DNA from: Balanoglossus misakiensis | Lineage: Eukaryota; Animalia; Hemichordata | Assembly: GCA_040954595.2 (NCBI GenBank) | Contig: CM082577.2 | Span: 14,515,903 to 14,579,902 of the forward strand | Direction of reading: 5' to 3' | DNA length: 64,000 nucleotides | Shown: positions 31,990 through 42,691 of the stretch, one piece after another | Layout of the letters: each line of letters starts with the position of its first letter | Numbering within the stretch: position 1 is the first letter of the stretch | Made by a program: the position numbers and the translations under genes | Notes under the pieces: model-generated | The model's database searches: none | What the model saw: only the letters and a program-made list of their open reading frames with translations | What the model was told of the DNA's origin: nothing

Positions 31990-33261
31990 ATGTGGACGAG
32001 GAGGCGGGCGAAATGGCGAGAGTTGATGGAAGAGAAATATCGAGTAAGGTGCGCGCGTCTGACTAGCCGAATCGGTATTACCTCCAGAACTGCTACGCAC
32101 TATAACTTTCCCGCGGTAACTCGTCGCACTTCGAGATTAACACCCGTTCAAGATGCATATGTACAGACCAGGGATGTAGAAGTGACGCCGGCCTTACCTC
32201 CCCTGGGAACAGATGTTGGCGTATCAGCAGGGCACACCATTACGGACGGTTTGATACGAGACTCCACCCCACAAACCCATACACAATCGGACAGGCGATT
32301 ACAACAAGCATCACCTGTTTCTACCACTAGGGTGCAAGACAGGTGTTCGCACTTGACCAGTACACCAACTTCAGAAACTAATTCGATTACGATACCGGAG
32401 AGAAATGATGGGATACATGTCGTTTATTCACAATTTGCCAATGCACAGGTACCCGACCAGGCCGAGAGAATTAACAAAACTGCGCTTGGTGTTATGGATA
32501 GTACAATACACACCCCAAATCAACAATCAGTCAGAACATGGACGAGGCGTCCGCCAACAAACCAGACAGATCGTTCCATTGCATCGTCAACGTCACCAGT
32601 AGACAATCATACAATAAATGAAGGGAGTCTCCCGCGGACGCCACCCAGACATAAGAATTCGGGTAAATCAAAACAAAAGACCAAAATCGGAATTGTTGGT
32701 AAAAAAAGAAATAATAAGAAAATAATATATGATAATCACGGCAACCAATATTTGCTATTGCAAGTCAGTGGGGTTGCCGACGCCTGTTTTTATCGATGCT
32801 GCGTTATTGCATCTGATACAACACTCCTACAAAAGTACCTATCCGGTCATATCCAACCTCATCATTTAGAAGATACGGTGGAGACTGGTGTGCCGAACCT
32901 AAGAATAAAAATGGCCAATCACATGGACGGTTGGCCCAGCGATCGAATTTTGCCAGAATTCGGAGTCGACATTTTGCGAGAGGGCGGGTTTCGTTCACTC
33001 GCTGACAGGTCCGAAAGTCTCAGAGGGACGTATCCACACTGCGCTTCTACCATCGAGATCATGTGCGCCAGTGAAGTGTTAAATAGACCTATTCGGTTGT
33101 TCCAGAAGTCACTTAACGATGAAGATGCTGTGGTTGAATGTCTGAATACCAGCAGCCGCCTTCCTATTGAGAGTGGTTGTGCCACTCCAATAAATATCCT
33201 GTACCGTTACTTTGGACCTGATGATCCAGGCAATCATTTCGACTTACTAATCAAGCAATAA
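31990..33261 (+). CDS. OTU-family deubiquitinase with disordered N-terminus
   Basis: VSGVADACFYRC (Cys), LR..MANHM, ASTIEIMCASEVLNRPI, INILY..GNHFDLL (His). Confidence 0.8.
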   Translation: MWTRRRAKWRELMEEKYRVRCARLTSRIGITSRTATHYNFPAVTRRTSRLTPVQDAYVQTRDVEVTPALPPLGTDVGVSAGHTITDGLIRDSTPQTHTQSDRRLQQASPVSTTRVQDRCSHLTSTPTSETNSITIPERNDGIHVVYSQFANAQVPDQAERINKTALGVMDSTIHTPNQQSVRTWTRRPPTNQTDRSIASSTSPVDNHTINEGSLPRTPPRHKNSGKSKQKTKIGIVGKKRNNKKIIYDNHGNQYLLLQVSGVADACFYRCCVIASDTTLLQKYLSGHIQPHHLEDTVETGVPNLRIKMANHMDGWPSDRILPEFGVDILREGGFRSLADRSESLRGTYPHCASTIEIMCASEVLNRPIRLFQKSLNDEDAVVECLNTSSRLPIESGCATPINILYRYFGPDDPGNHFDLLIKQ

Positions 33262-33585
33262 ACCACTTAATACAGTGTTGTAATTTTATTATATTTTCAT
33301 GAGGTATTGATGTATATGGGATTTTATAATTTAATGCACAAGCAGATCCAATAAAGAATTACAGCATAGTTCTAACGCTTGTTGTGTATATTGGATTTAT
33401 ACACCTCACCGACTTCATCATATCAACACAACTGTGTTGTAATAAGAACTACACACATATTATAAATCATGACACATATAACTCCATTTTATGTGCGTGT
33501 GTATGTCCAACGCAGCGAGCCATCGTTTTGAGAAGTACACTTTATTTGTAAACTCAATTCATTGAAACCACAGACATTCCAATAA

Positions 33586-34429
33586 CTACAGTGCTGAAGT
33601 ACAATATGCCCAAAAACTATTGAACATGCCTGAGATGTCACTATTGAAGCATGCCTGGGTATGATATGAGACATCATTGAGCTCTTGGACCAAACTCTCC
33701 ATCATCTCACTCAGGTCCGCGGAAACATACTCCAAATGTTGACGTATGTCCATTTCCGAGCTATGATAATCACTGCGCACGGGTACGCAATAATTGCGCC
33801 TGAGACCATCTAATAACGCAATAACTGCGAAACACATCTTTTCACGGTGTGTGCTCTGGATCGCGTGCTTCCTGTGATGATCATTGACAACTCTGTACAT
33901 TTCGATTAAGAGTGGGCGGAACAGGGACTTGTACACCTCTTCCATCTCTCCAGTATCCATATACATGGCACAATAATCATCTATTTGTTCTAAAACACCT
34001 TGGTTGATAGCACTCTGTTGAATTGCGTCTAGTTGCTCTAAGTCTGGAAGGTTGCAATCTCGCAAAAGTCTGTCCCATGGTACAAAACTTGACGTACAAC
34101 CATTGACATCCACGCGCCATATGTCGCCAACTGCAACGAGAGCAAGCGATATACAGTGAAACCGACCACAGGTGACAAAATATCACGAACGAGATGAGTT
34201 TGTGTCAGCGAGAACATGCATTCAACTACTTACGAAATTGGTAGATTTTTCCATCTGATGCACAGATGCGCGACTTTTCTAGTAAATCGTCCAGTGATAT
34301 ACATTCAGCTGTATATACTGTCTTCACACGCATATGTAGCTCCCCTATTCGGGCAAGGGCATCAGTCGTTGTGATGTTATCGCTCTGAGTGTACCCGTAT
34401 TCGCAGACGCCATTCGAGTCGAAGTCCAT
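33586..34429 (-). CDS. Spliced hypothetical protein, 246 aa (exons 34429-34234 and 34130-33586)
   Basis: Donor TTTC|GTAAGT and acceptor CTCTCGTTGCAG|TT define a 103-bp phase-1 intron that joins two track ORFs in frame. Confidence 0.7.
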
Positions 34430-34765
34430 CAGCGTTTCATCTCCATTAGTTTGCCAACTGAAAGCGAGCTTGTATCTCCTTGCTATTCAGTGTCTGTCCT
34501 GGTGAATACTGCGATGACCACTTGCATTAGTCGTACTGACATAATCTATTTATAAGAACCACATCGCATGCATATAAAACATATCACATAGCGCCAAATA
34601 CTATGCTGTCAGTGTTAGTCGAGTGGACCTCGGATTTAATTGACGTGTCATCTGTGATATCACTATTTCGGGGAGTGAACATTAATTGTGTCACCGTCTT
34701 GTAATCTTGGATGTCACCGTTTCACTTGGTGTATAATTACCTTGTGTCAGTTTATTGTAAATAAG

Positions 34766-36115
34766 ATGAACTGTCGTAATTCAGGAATCGATGTCCAAGG
34801 GCTGATAACTACAGCACCGGCGTTAGTATCCACAATGCTTGACAAACGTATCTCTTTGGAGTACACTACCAGCAATGGCTCAAGTAACGTTATTATTGTC
34901 GATGAAGCCAGACTGGAAAAAATGTCACCCCCTTTGTTCGCTCAAACTTCATGGCCCCACGGACACTCGTGTAAAAAGGCCAAAGTCACCACTGCAATTG
35001 CCCCAGATGGAGAGAGAGTACGATCGCTTATGTTGGCACCTAGTACTTACATAAGCCAAGATTATGTCGATCACTTTGGACATTTAATGGACTTCATCTC
35101 TGAATCAAAGGTTGGCCTGCGCTTATCCGACATACATTGGGGTTGCATTCAACTCGCTGACTTTCTGCAGGTCACGTATTATTTAGAACATGTCCTAAAA
35201 ACTATGGATCGCTTGTTGTTTGTATCACCGGGCGAAAAAACAAATTCATTTTATGGAGCCCTTGGAGACATATTAGTGGCTATCGAAAGATTATCACTGA
35301 ATGATATTCCCTATTTTGTCGAACTGCGAGATTCGGTGGGTGATGAGCTGTTTGCCGGATGTCGTTGGCGACGCATGTGCTCGTGCAATAGCCTGTTGGA
35401 GAACACGGGGTTCAACGGGCTCCCCTTTCAGCTTCACGTACACACTCCCTTTAATGAAGAAACATTTTGGCGTCGCCTTGAAAACTGTAGAGCTATACGG
35501 GCAATTGACCATCAGTCTTCAGACTCTCTTGACACGAGGTTGACGCCTGCGTTGCGTTTTCTCTCGTCGCACAACGACCGTAGATTGGCATTTGACATGC
35601 TCGTCCACTTTGTCTTAGCTAAACAGGCCTCCATGGACGATTATGCGACACTATGTGAAATCATGTGTAATTTGTGCGCAAAGGAGAGGCGAAAGGATGT
35701 CGCATTACGCAGACTTCGTATCATCGAGCGCATGTTTAACTACAAATTTCGATTTTACCAGAAAGAGACAGCAGCCGTGGTCGACGTTATTTCTACTATG
35801 CTCACTGAAGTGTCACGTGCATACGACGCACGAACGGGCGATACTCAAACAAAGTGCCACAACTGCGCTACCTCTTTCGATAAGGCTGTCGTCACCCCTT
35901 CCAAGTGTAAAGTCTGTGACACAATGACATGCGAACTATGTAAAGACCGATGTATGTTGTGTAAGCAAGAAACTTGTCTCCCTTGTGGCAAGTTTGTTGC
36001 CTTCAAGACGGAGAGAGGGGATGCATTCTATTCCGAGTATAACGTGTCACCCGCATTCCGTAGTAGTTATCCAGCGTTCTGCATTGACTGCGCCTTGAAC
36101 AAATATGAACAATGA
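34766..36115 (+). CDS. BTB-like protein with C-terminal multi-CxxC zinc domain (paralog of 19819-21087)
   Basis: CIQLADFLQVTYYL; WRRMCSC; CHNC..CKVC..CELC..CMLC..CLPC..CIDC. Confidence 0.6.
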   Translation: MNCRNSGIDVQGLITTAPALVSTMLDKRISLEYTTSNGSSNVIIVDEARLEKMSPPLFAQTSWPHGHSCKKAKVTTAIAPDGERVRSLMLAPSTYISQDYVDHFGHLMDFISESKVGLRLSDIHWGCIQLADFLQVTYYLEHVLKTMDRLLFVSPGEKTNSFYGALGDILVAIERLSLNDIPYFVELRDSVGDELFAGCRWRRMCSCNSLLENTGFNGLPFQLHVHTPFNEETFWRRLENCRAIRAIDHQSSDSLDTRLTPALRFLSSHNDRRLAFDMLVHFVLAKQASMDDYATLCEIMCNLCAKERRKDVALRRLRIIERMFNYKFRFYQKETAAVVDVISTMLTEVSRAYDARTGDTQTKCHNCATSFDKAVVTPSKCKVCDTMTCELCKDRCMLCKQETCLPCGKFVAFKTERGDAFYSEYNVSPAFRSSYPAFCIDCALNKYEQ

Positions 36116-36247
36116 AAAGATGACACATGTATCGAGGGTAAACCCACAGACTGGAATGTCTCACCTGCGTCCCATACGCATTTTTGTCGTATGTTTTGTA
36201 AGAAGACAGACAGTGTATATTTTGTACTTGACGTTTATTTATCACCT

Positions 36248-36700
36248 TTTGTTACATTAAAAAATAACATAATTGTATCGGCAGTATTAACGTCGTCTTG
36301 TTTTTTATTGTATGCGGGGGGGGTGGTACAACCAAACCACACAGTTTAAAATCCATATCAATTGTAAGACAACCAGTGTAAATTTTGTACGCTACATTCA
36401 TTGATCAATATTTGTTGAACAACAAAAAATAACATAATTGTATTGTCTGTCTTATAGTCGCTTTGTTTTCTATTGTATGTGAAGGGGGGGGGGGTACAAC
36501 CAGACCACACAGTTTAAAATCCATATCAAGTGTAAGACAACCAGTGTAAATTTTGTACGCTACATTCATTGATCAATATTTGTTGCATTAAAAAAAGATA
36601 ACATAATTGTATTGGCTGTCTTAACGTCGTTTTTTTCTGTATTTTACGCGAAGGGGGGGGGGGAGGCACAGCCAAACTCTATAGTTAAAACTCAATATCA
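36248..36700. repeat. ~167-bp non-coding tandem repeat, about 2.7 copies, each with a poly-G tract
   Basis: TAACATAATTGTAT at 36265, 36430 and 36599; long identical blocks (TGTAAGACAACCAGTGTAAATTTTGTACGCTACATTCATTGATCAATATTTGTTG). Confidence 0.85.
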
Positions 36701-37704
36701 GTAGTAAACTTATGATCTTCTTTGTTTCCAGAGCCAAACTTTCGATATTCGCTGACTCTTCTTTCGAAAAAGTTTGTTTTTCCATCAAGAGCGATGTTTT
36801 CCATAAAGGGAAAGGGATTGTCTACTTTATACAGTTTATCCACGCCCAATTCTCCAAGTAATCTGTCCGCCACAAATTCCACGTATTGTTTCATTTTGTT
36901 GGCATTCATCCCGAGCAAGGGTTCTGGAAGGCTTTCGTCGACAAATACCTTCTCGATCTCAGTACCTTCTTTTACAATGTCAATAACTGTGTCCTCGGGG
37001 GGTTTGTCTCGAAGAGGTAATTTATGGTACATGAGACAAGCAAAATCGCAATGTAATCCCTCGTCACGACTGATTAACTCATTAGAATGACACAGACCGG
37101 GTAGAAACCCCTTTTGCTTTAACCAAAATATACCGGCGAAAGCCGAAGAAAATAGAACCCCTTCGACCACGGCAAACGCCACCAGTCTAGTAGCGAAAGT
37201 AGACGCCTCGTCTTCAATCCACTTTGAGATCCATTTTGCCTTTAGATTAATACTCGGTACGGTTAATACAGCATTAAAGAGTCTTTGTTGCTCTTGGCTG
37301 TTCTCGGCGTAAGTCTCTATTAAGAGTTTGTACATCTCCGAATGAATGTTTTCCATTGCTGTTTGAAAGTCGTAGAAATATTGGGCTTCCAATATGGTCA
37401 CTTCACGAGAGAATCTATTGACTAAATTCTCGGAGACTATCATATCGCTACTCGCAAAAAAGGCTAAGATCATTTTCACGTACATTTGCTGTGTCTCTGT
37501 CATGAGTTTCCACGTCATCAAATCTTTACTAGTATCTACTTCACCTGGGACCCAGTAGGAAGACTTAGCCTTCTCATACATGTCCCACAGGTCATGGTGT
37601 TCAATATCTCTGACACAAAACCGACGGAGGTCTATGGTTTTATTCGTTCCCTTAGATACAGCTATTTTTGACTGTACCTCACGGAGGATATTTGTCGCGT
37701 CCAT
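36685..37704 (-). CDS. RRM2: Ribonucleotide reductase small subunit (class Ia R2)
   Basis: LAFFASSD, ENIHSEMY, VEGVLFSSAF, ISRDEGLH, GKTNFFERRV, C-terminal FTTDIEF. Confidence 0.97.
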   Translation of the reverse strand: MDATNILREVQSKIAVSKGTNKTIDLRRFCVRDIEHHDLWDMYEKAKSSYWVPGEVDTSKDLMTWKLMTETQQMYVKMILAFFASSDMIVSENLVNRFSREVTILEAQYFYDFQTAMENIHSEMYKLLIETYAENSQEQQRLFNAVLTVPSINLKAKWISKWIEDEASTFATRLVAFAVVEGVLFSSAFAGIFWLKQKGFLPGLCHSNELISRDEGLHCDFACLMYHKLPLRDKPPEDTVIDIVKEGTEIEKVFVDESLPEPLLGMNANKMKQYVEFVADRLLGELGVDKLYKVDNPFPFMENIALDGKTNFFERRVSEYRKFGSGNKEDHKFTTDIEF

Positions 37705-37937
37705 GTAATCGGTTCACAAAAAGACATATGATAAACTGGCCGTTATCTTCAATTATTTATACGTTCATGAAAACAGAATCACAACAAACATAATTCACAT
37801 GTGTTGCGTATGTATAGTAATGTCGTAAATGAAGTGACCGTTTGATATTTTCTTCAGGGACGCGGTTGAGAACCAATGTACATGGTTTGTGCCCAGACGC
37901 AATTGGTTAGTACACCACCCTTTTATTCAATCACTTA

Positions 37938-38743
37938 GGCTGCATTCACAAACACCTCTGGAGGGGGGGGGCGGGAGAATTCAATTTTTTTTACCGCTAA
38001 TTTTCACATGCCCCCCTTCCGAACTGCCAATATTTTCAAACCCCCCCCCCCTTCCGAACTGCCAAAGTTTTGAAATCCCCCCATTGTCTTTCACAGAGCA
38101 AAACACATCACCTATCTATCTTGTAAAAAGAAAAACAGCGCTCCCATGAAAAGAATTTGAAACTGATGTTTCCCCTCATCAGTGGGTATTAAAACTGAAC
38201 ATTGTTTTTATTTGTTAAGTACATATATTTGTATTCTGTGTTGGGAGAATTTGTAAACCGAGAATTGAAGGGGGTGGGTTTGGGAGGGGGTGTCCCCCTC
38301 CCACGTAAGAAAATTTTCTAAAATACAGAGCTCAAAGCTGCATTTTAAGGAACCCGGCAAAAGCAAATTAACTCAACTACCGGTTTGTTGGGGAGGACAA
38401 ATTTAACCGTCGCCGAGCAAAGTTATCATGGGGTGGGGGCAAGTCCCCTGACCTGGGTCACTAGATAAACCAGTCAATGATTGAAAGGTGTTGATGAATT
38501 GAGGGGGTGGGTGTGGCAGGAGGTTTCCCCCTCCCACATTAGAAAATTTTGTAAAATAAAGGGCGCGAAACTGCATTTTTGTGGACTCAAAATAAATATT
38601 TAGTCGTCAAAGTTTTCAAGTCCCCCCCCCCTTTCAGTCCCTAAATTATTTCAAACCCCCCCCCTCACATACCCTCAATTTTTTCAAACCCCCCCCCCCT
38701 TAATTCTCCTGCCCCCCCTCCAGAGGTGTTTGTGAATGCAGTC
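37938..38743. mobile_element. MITE, PIF/Harbinger-like (806 bp)
   Basis: ~43-bp TIR GGCTGCATTCACAAACACCTCTGGAGGGGGGG..GGAGAATT; TTA target duplication at 37935-37937 and 38744-38746; internal poly-C/G subrepeats; no coding capacity. Confidence 0.9.
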
Positions 38744-38970
38744 TTAGAAGGGGTTCATTACATCAATTTGTGACAAAGAAGAGAAGATACACAGTTCACA
38801 TCGTGCGTTTCATGATGTTTATTACTTTCCGTACTCGGACCTTGTAGAACCAGCAACCGGATACGACACCACCGTCGGCTTGTGGGAGTTCTACCAATTA
38901 TAATATATAAGTATAAGAACAACAGATAAACGCCTTATCGATATTGAGGCTTTTACATCCGCGGAAGACG

Positions 38971-39513
38971 ATGTCTGCGTGCAAACAGCTAACGGGCAAC
39001 ATACACGATCGACGTCCGGAACTATCCAGTCTGTTGCTGCAAGTATTGAAAGGTGCTGACAGGGATCATTTGAGTGACATGAATAGCGGTAAACATGTAA
39101 AGCTCTATCGCAGACTGGTCTCCATACAACCGAACCATCACGAGGTGTCTCACGGTGTATATGTCCTACTCAGTTTAGCATTGAGGCGTGACATGCACCA
39201 TGAACTAGAATTGATAAGTTACATATGCTCGGAATGGTTACGGTTGTATAAGGTAAAGGTATCAGCCAACACCCTTCACAACATGTACCATCGTGTTATT
39301 GAAACCGTTGCCAAGAGTAATTTGGCGGATGCGACGTTGTGTACCAGTGTAAGACCCACAGAATCGTGCGACGGTGAAGCTGTGGCATATTTTATACTTC
39401 GGTCATTGTACGCACTTGTGGAAGTACCAGCAGGTATGATGCTTGACTCGCTCAAAACTGGTAAGGAGCAACTGTGGCATCGCAAGGCGTGTACGATATG
39501 TAGTCAATTGTAG
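38971..39513 (+). CDS. Hypothetical protein; weak resemblance to an H2B-H2A histone-fold doublet
   Basis: ATG ORF with TATA upstream; histone-like helix spacing judged by eye only. Confidence 0.5.
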   Translation: MSACKQLTGNIHDRRPELSSLLLQVLKGADRDHLSDMNSGKHVKLYRRLVSIQPNHHEVSHGVYVLLSLALRRDMHHELELISYICSEWLRLYKVKVSANTLHNMYHRVIETVAKSNLADATLCTSVRPTESCDGEAVAYFILRSLYALVEVPAGMMLDSLKTGKEQLWHRKACTICSQL

Positions 39514-39633
39514 GTCTTTGTGTTGCGCCATCGACGGAAAGAGCAAACATTATGTGATGCGACTATTGGTGATGTCTACACAACCCGGCAATATAAAATC
39601 AGTAGACGTCCATCACATTTGATCATTCAGCCC

Positions 39634-40944
39634 ATGCAATCGGACATGACAACTCTGTCGGAAAACACCAATAAGGTCGTGCCAGTAGTAAATGTTATTC
39701 CAATCGAGGCAAGTGCAAGCAAGACAGATTGCTGTCAAATGACGAACGAGGGCTTGAACACAAAAGCAGTGTACGATTTGTTTCCAGATTTTTCAGATGA
39801 AGACTCATGCATGGAATTCGCTCGATTATCCTGCAGTTTGGACGACGACGTATTCACCGAAACACAAATTGGATCAATGTCAGGCGTTTCAGAGAAGCTT
39901 AGTGACAAGACACCAGCGGTGATAAAAGACAACGCGTGTACCAAGACGCAGCAACGTCCATCATCGATTGATCTGCAGTCACCCTTCTCAACTTGGAATA
40001 TCAGTCCCATGTCTGGTATCGATTCCGCACCGGGTAGATTTTACTACATGCGTTTGGGATCCATCTCCGATGCCGAAGAAAGTGATACTGGAGTCATCGA
40101 CAAGGTATCGGACTGCTCCGAGCCTATGCACAACACACTGCCACATTTTCCATCATCTCCTATCGACATCCCATTAACACCGGATGCCGTTAAGGATGAC
40201 TCTGAGTCGATAGCCTTATCAAACGGCAACACAAGGATGGGGGCTACAAACAAGTCAATGCTTCTTCCGCGTCATAACGAAGAAGGCGATAATCTTACTG
40301 CTTATGACATGATGTCAACGAGGCGTAAAAAGTCCACGAAGAATAAACCACGTGATTTGGACAAACATGAAACTTCCCCCCAAATGGAAGACCAACTGCC
40401 AGCCAAATTATCTACGCCGCGTTCAAGGTCTAAGAAGACTAAGCCACCTGGTCGGAAAAAGCGTGAAACTTCCCCCCAAATGGAAGACCAACTGCCAGCC
40501 AAATTATCTACGCCGCGTTCAAGGTCTAAGAAGACTAAGCCACCTGGTCGGAAAAAGCGTGAAACTTCCCCCCACACGGAAGACCAACTGCCAGCCAAAT
40601 TATCTACGCCGCGTTCAAGGTCTAAGAAGACTAAGCCACCTGGTCGGAAAAAGTGTGAAACTTCCCCCCACACGGAAGACCAACTGCCAGCCAAATTATC
40701 TACGCCGCGTTCAAGGTCTAAGAAGGCTAAGCCACCTGGTCGGAAAAAGTGTGAAACTTCCCCCCACACGGAAGACCATCTGTCAGCCAAATTATCTACG
40801 CCGCGTTCAAGGTCTAAGAAGACTAAGCCACTTGGGCGGAAAAAGCGTGAAACTTCCCCCTACATGGACGAACAACTGCCAGCCAAAAAATCTAACAAAG
40901 CTTCGAAATCGAACAAGACTAAGTCGCACAGGGTGAACAAATAG
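39634..40944 (+). CDS. Acidic N-terminal / highly basic repetitive C-terminal protein (putative DNA-binding)
   Basis: C-terminal half consists of K/R/S/P-rich 32-aa repeats. Confidence 0.7.
   Translation: MQSDMTTLSENTNKVVPVVNVIPIEASASKTDCCQMTNEGLNTKAVYDLFPDFSDEDSCMEFARLSCSLDDDVFTETQIGSMSGVSEKLSDKTPAVIKDNACTKTQQRPSSIDLQSPFSTWNISPMSGIDSAPGRFYYMRLGSISDAEESDTGVIDKVSDCSEPMHNTLPHFPSSPIDIPLTPDAVKDDSESIALSNGNTRMGATNKSMLLPRHNEEGDNLTAYDMMSTRRKKSTKNKPRDLDKHETSPQMEDQLPAKLSTPRSRSKKTKPPGRKKRETSPQMEDQLPAKLSTPRSRSKKTKPPGRKKRETSPHTEDQLPAKLSTPRSRSKKTKPPGRKKCETSPHTEDQLPAKLSTPRSRSKKAKPPGRKKCETSPHTEDHLSAKLSTPRSRSKKTKPLGRKKRETSPYMDEQLPAKKSNKASKSNKTKSHRVNK
40368..40888 (+). repeat. 96-bp (32 aa) coding tandem repeat, about 5.4 copies
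   Basis: Units start at 40368, 40464, 40560, 40656, 40752, 40848; ETSPxxEDQLPAKLSTPRSRSKKTKPPGRKKR. Confidence 0.95.
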
Positions 40945-41144
40945 GACCATTGAATCGAACGAATTAAATGCATAAAATAACCATTGTTCCGTATAACATA
41001 CTATTAATTGTACCGATATGTCGTTTCACCGACACTGGTTATAGTCTAACGTTTTTAGTTTGAATGTATGAACGTTCTACTATACGCATGGGTTGTAGTG
41101 CTGTTCGTGAACCTGTCAATTATTGCGAATAAAGTGTTCTGATA

Positions 41145-42206
41145 TTAAATATACATTGACTCGTAATTCTGTTGCATGTTCAGATCTATCTTTGGTGGTC
41201 TTGCTTGTACATCTGTAGAGAATTCATAATTCAAGCAGAACGATCCAACTTGTTTTGTAAAACAAGGTGTCTCTAACCCTCTCTTCCCTATTCCAACATA
41301 GCCCATACTCTTACACTGACTGAATATATTATCGTCGCTAGAGTAACTGAGAGCTGGATATGCGTAATTAAACGCAGGGTTGCCTCCATTCGACCTCATT
41401 CCTACCACATAATGTAATTTAGATCCCGAATATGTGATTCCGTCTGTTCCGCCACTCGACCATTTAGCATTTGGTACTGGTGTAATGTCTGTCACGCCAG
41501 AATACATACACGTAATTAAAGGAATATGCCATCCGTGAAAGACTTCTTGACCATTGAATGACTTCATGAAACCAATGGGACTGAAACAATTCGTAAACAT
41601 TTCAGGTGAATCGATAAGACTCAACACAAGTTCGATTGAATCCAGACCATAGTTTTCGTTGGCATACCTAATGTAGTCATCGTAATTAAACACCTCATTA
41701 GCTACAGTCTTCCAGTTTGACCGTTCCCTTTCATCTGATGCCTTTTTAGTGATAATGTTTTGTAACCATTTCAATGGCATCGCCTTCTTAAATTCACCCC
41801 TTGGGCCACGAAATTGGTACTTTGGGAAACCAACCGCTGACTGACCATAATTAAGAGTCACTTTCTCTGGACCAGTATACAATAGCAAGAAATCGCCTCT
41901 GTTGAAAAAGTCTCCCAAGTCGTGGTTAAATGGTCTGTTAGTGCACGTGATATCGTGCGTGTATTCCCTGATTGTCTTATAATCAGGATTTACTTGATCT
42001 GCAAATAAGGGAGCTACTAATGGACCGTCGGTTTGCGTGAATACATTGTGTAAATCCCATGGGTCGTGATAACTGGGCGTGTCGAACGGGGGATATAGCG
42101 TCGGATTTGGGACTGGGTTTATTCTCGACCGTGTGACAACATCCCTATGGACACCTTGATAAGTAGGTTTCCTGTTAGGATATGGAAATAAATCAGCCAG
42201 TTCCAT
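41145..42206 (-). CDS. Probable structural protein, candidate triplex 1
   Basis: 353 aa; Pro-rich N-terminal arm; FSPIGFM..ITCMYSGVTDI..GSKLHYVV beta pattern. Confidence 0.4.
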   Translation of the reverse strand: MELADLFPYPNRKPTYQGVHRDVVTRSRINPVPNPTLYPPFDTPSYHDPWDLHNVFTQTDGPLVAPLFADQVNPDYKTIREYTHDITCTNRPFNHDLGDFFNRGDFLLLYTGPEKVTLNYGQSAVGFPKYQFRGPRGEFKKAMPLKWLQNIITKKASDERERSNWKTVANEVFNYDDYIRYANENYGLDSIELVLSLIDSPEMFTNCFSPIGFMKSFNGQEVFHGWHIPLITCMYSGVTDITPVPNAKWSSGGTDGITYSGSKLHYVVGMRSNGGNPAFNYAYPALSYSSDDNIFSQCKSMGYVGIGKRGLETPCFTKQVGSFCLNYEFSTDVQARPPKIDLNMQQNYESMYI

Positions 42207-42298
42207 TTCGTGTAATAATTGTGCAATGCACCAACTTGTTTAATATGTATCTTTATGTTTGTTGCACTCGGATGTAAAAAAAAGTCCACTCATTACAC

Positions 42299-42606
42299 TT
42301 CTTACATACTGCATTCTAACGCGCACACTGCGTGTGTTTATGGTCACGTCGCATTTAATTCATCATTATATTAATTGTAGTTGACAAAAGGACTTGAATA
42401 AAAAAACAAATACGCTCATGACGTATCCTTACATACCAGACTCTAATGCATATGCTATGTTTGAGCGCGTACATGACGCATTTAATTCATCATTATATTA
42501 ATTGTAGTTGTCAAAAGGAATTTAATAAAAAAAACAAATACGCTCATGACATTTCCTTACATACCAGACTCTAACGCATATGCTATGTTTGAGCGCGTAC
42601 ATGACA
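42299..42606. repeat. ~127-bp AT-rich non-coding tandem repeat, about 2.4 copies
   Basis: GCATTTAATTCATCATTATATTAATTGTAGTTG at 42351 and 42478; CCTTACATACCAGACTCTAA..GAGCGCGTACATGAC repeated. Confidence 0.85.
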
Positions 42607-42691
42607 TATTGAAATCCGTCTAATTCAACGCACATCGTAACGATATCAGTTCGTATCAAGACGAATAATTGTTCTTTAGTTCCTGTCTCTT

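Noticed and set aside
37889-38149. 86-aa ORF
   Set aside because: Runs through the MITE terminus; not a transposase
40302-40936. Long alternative-frame ORFs across the 96-bp repeats
   Set aside because: A stop-free repeat unit with length divisible by 3 keeps the other frames open
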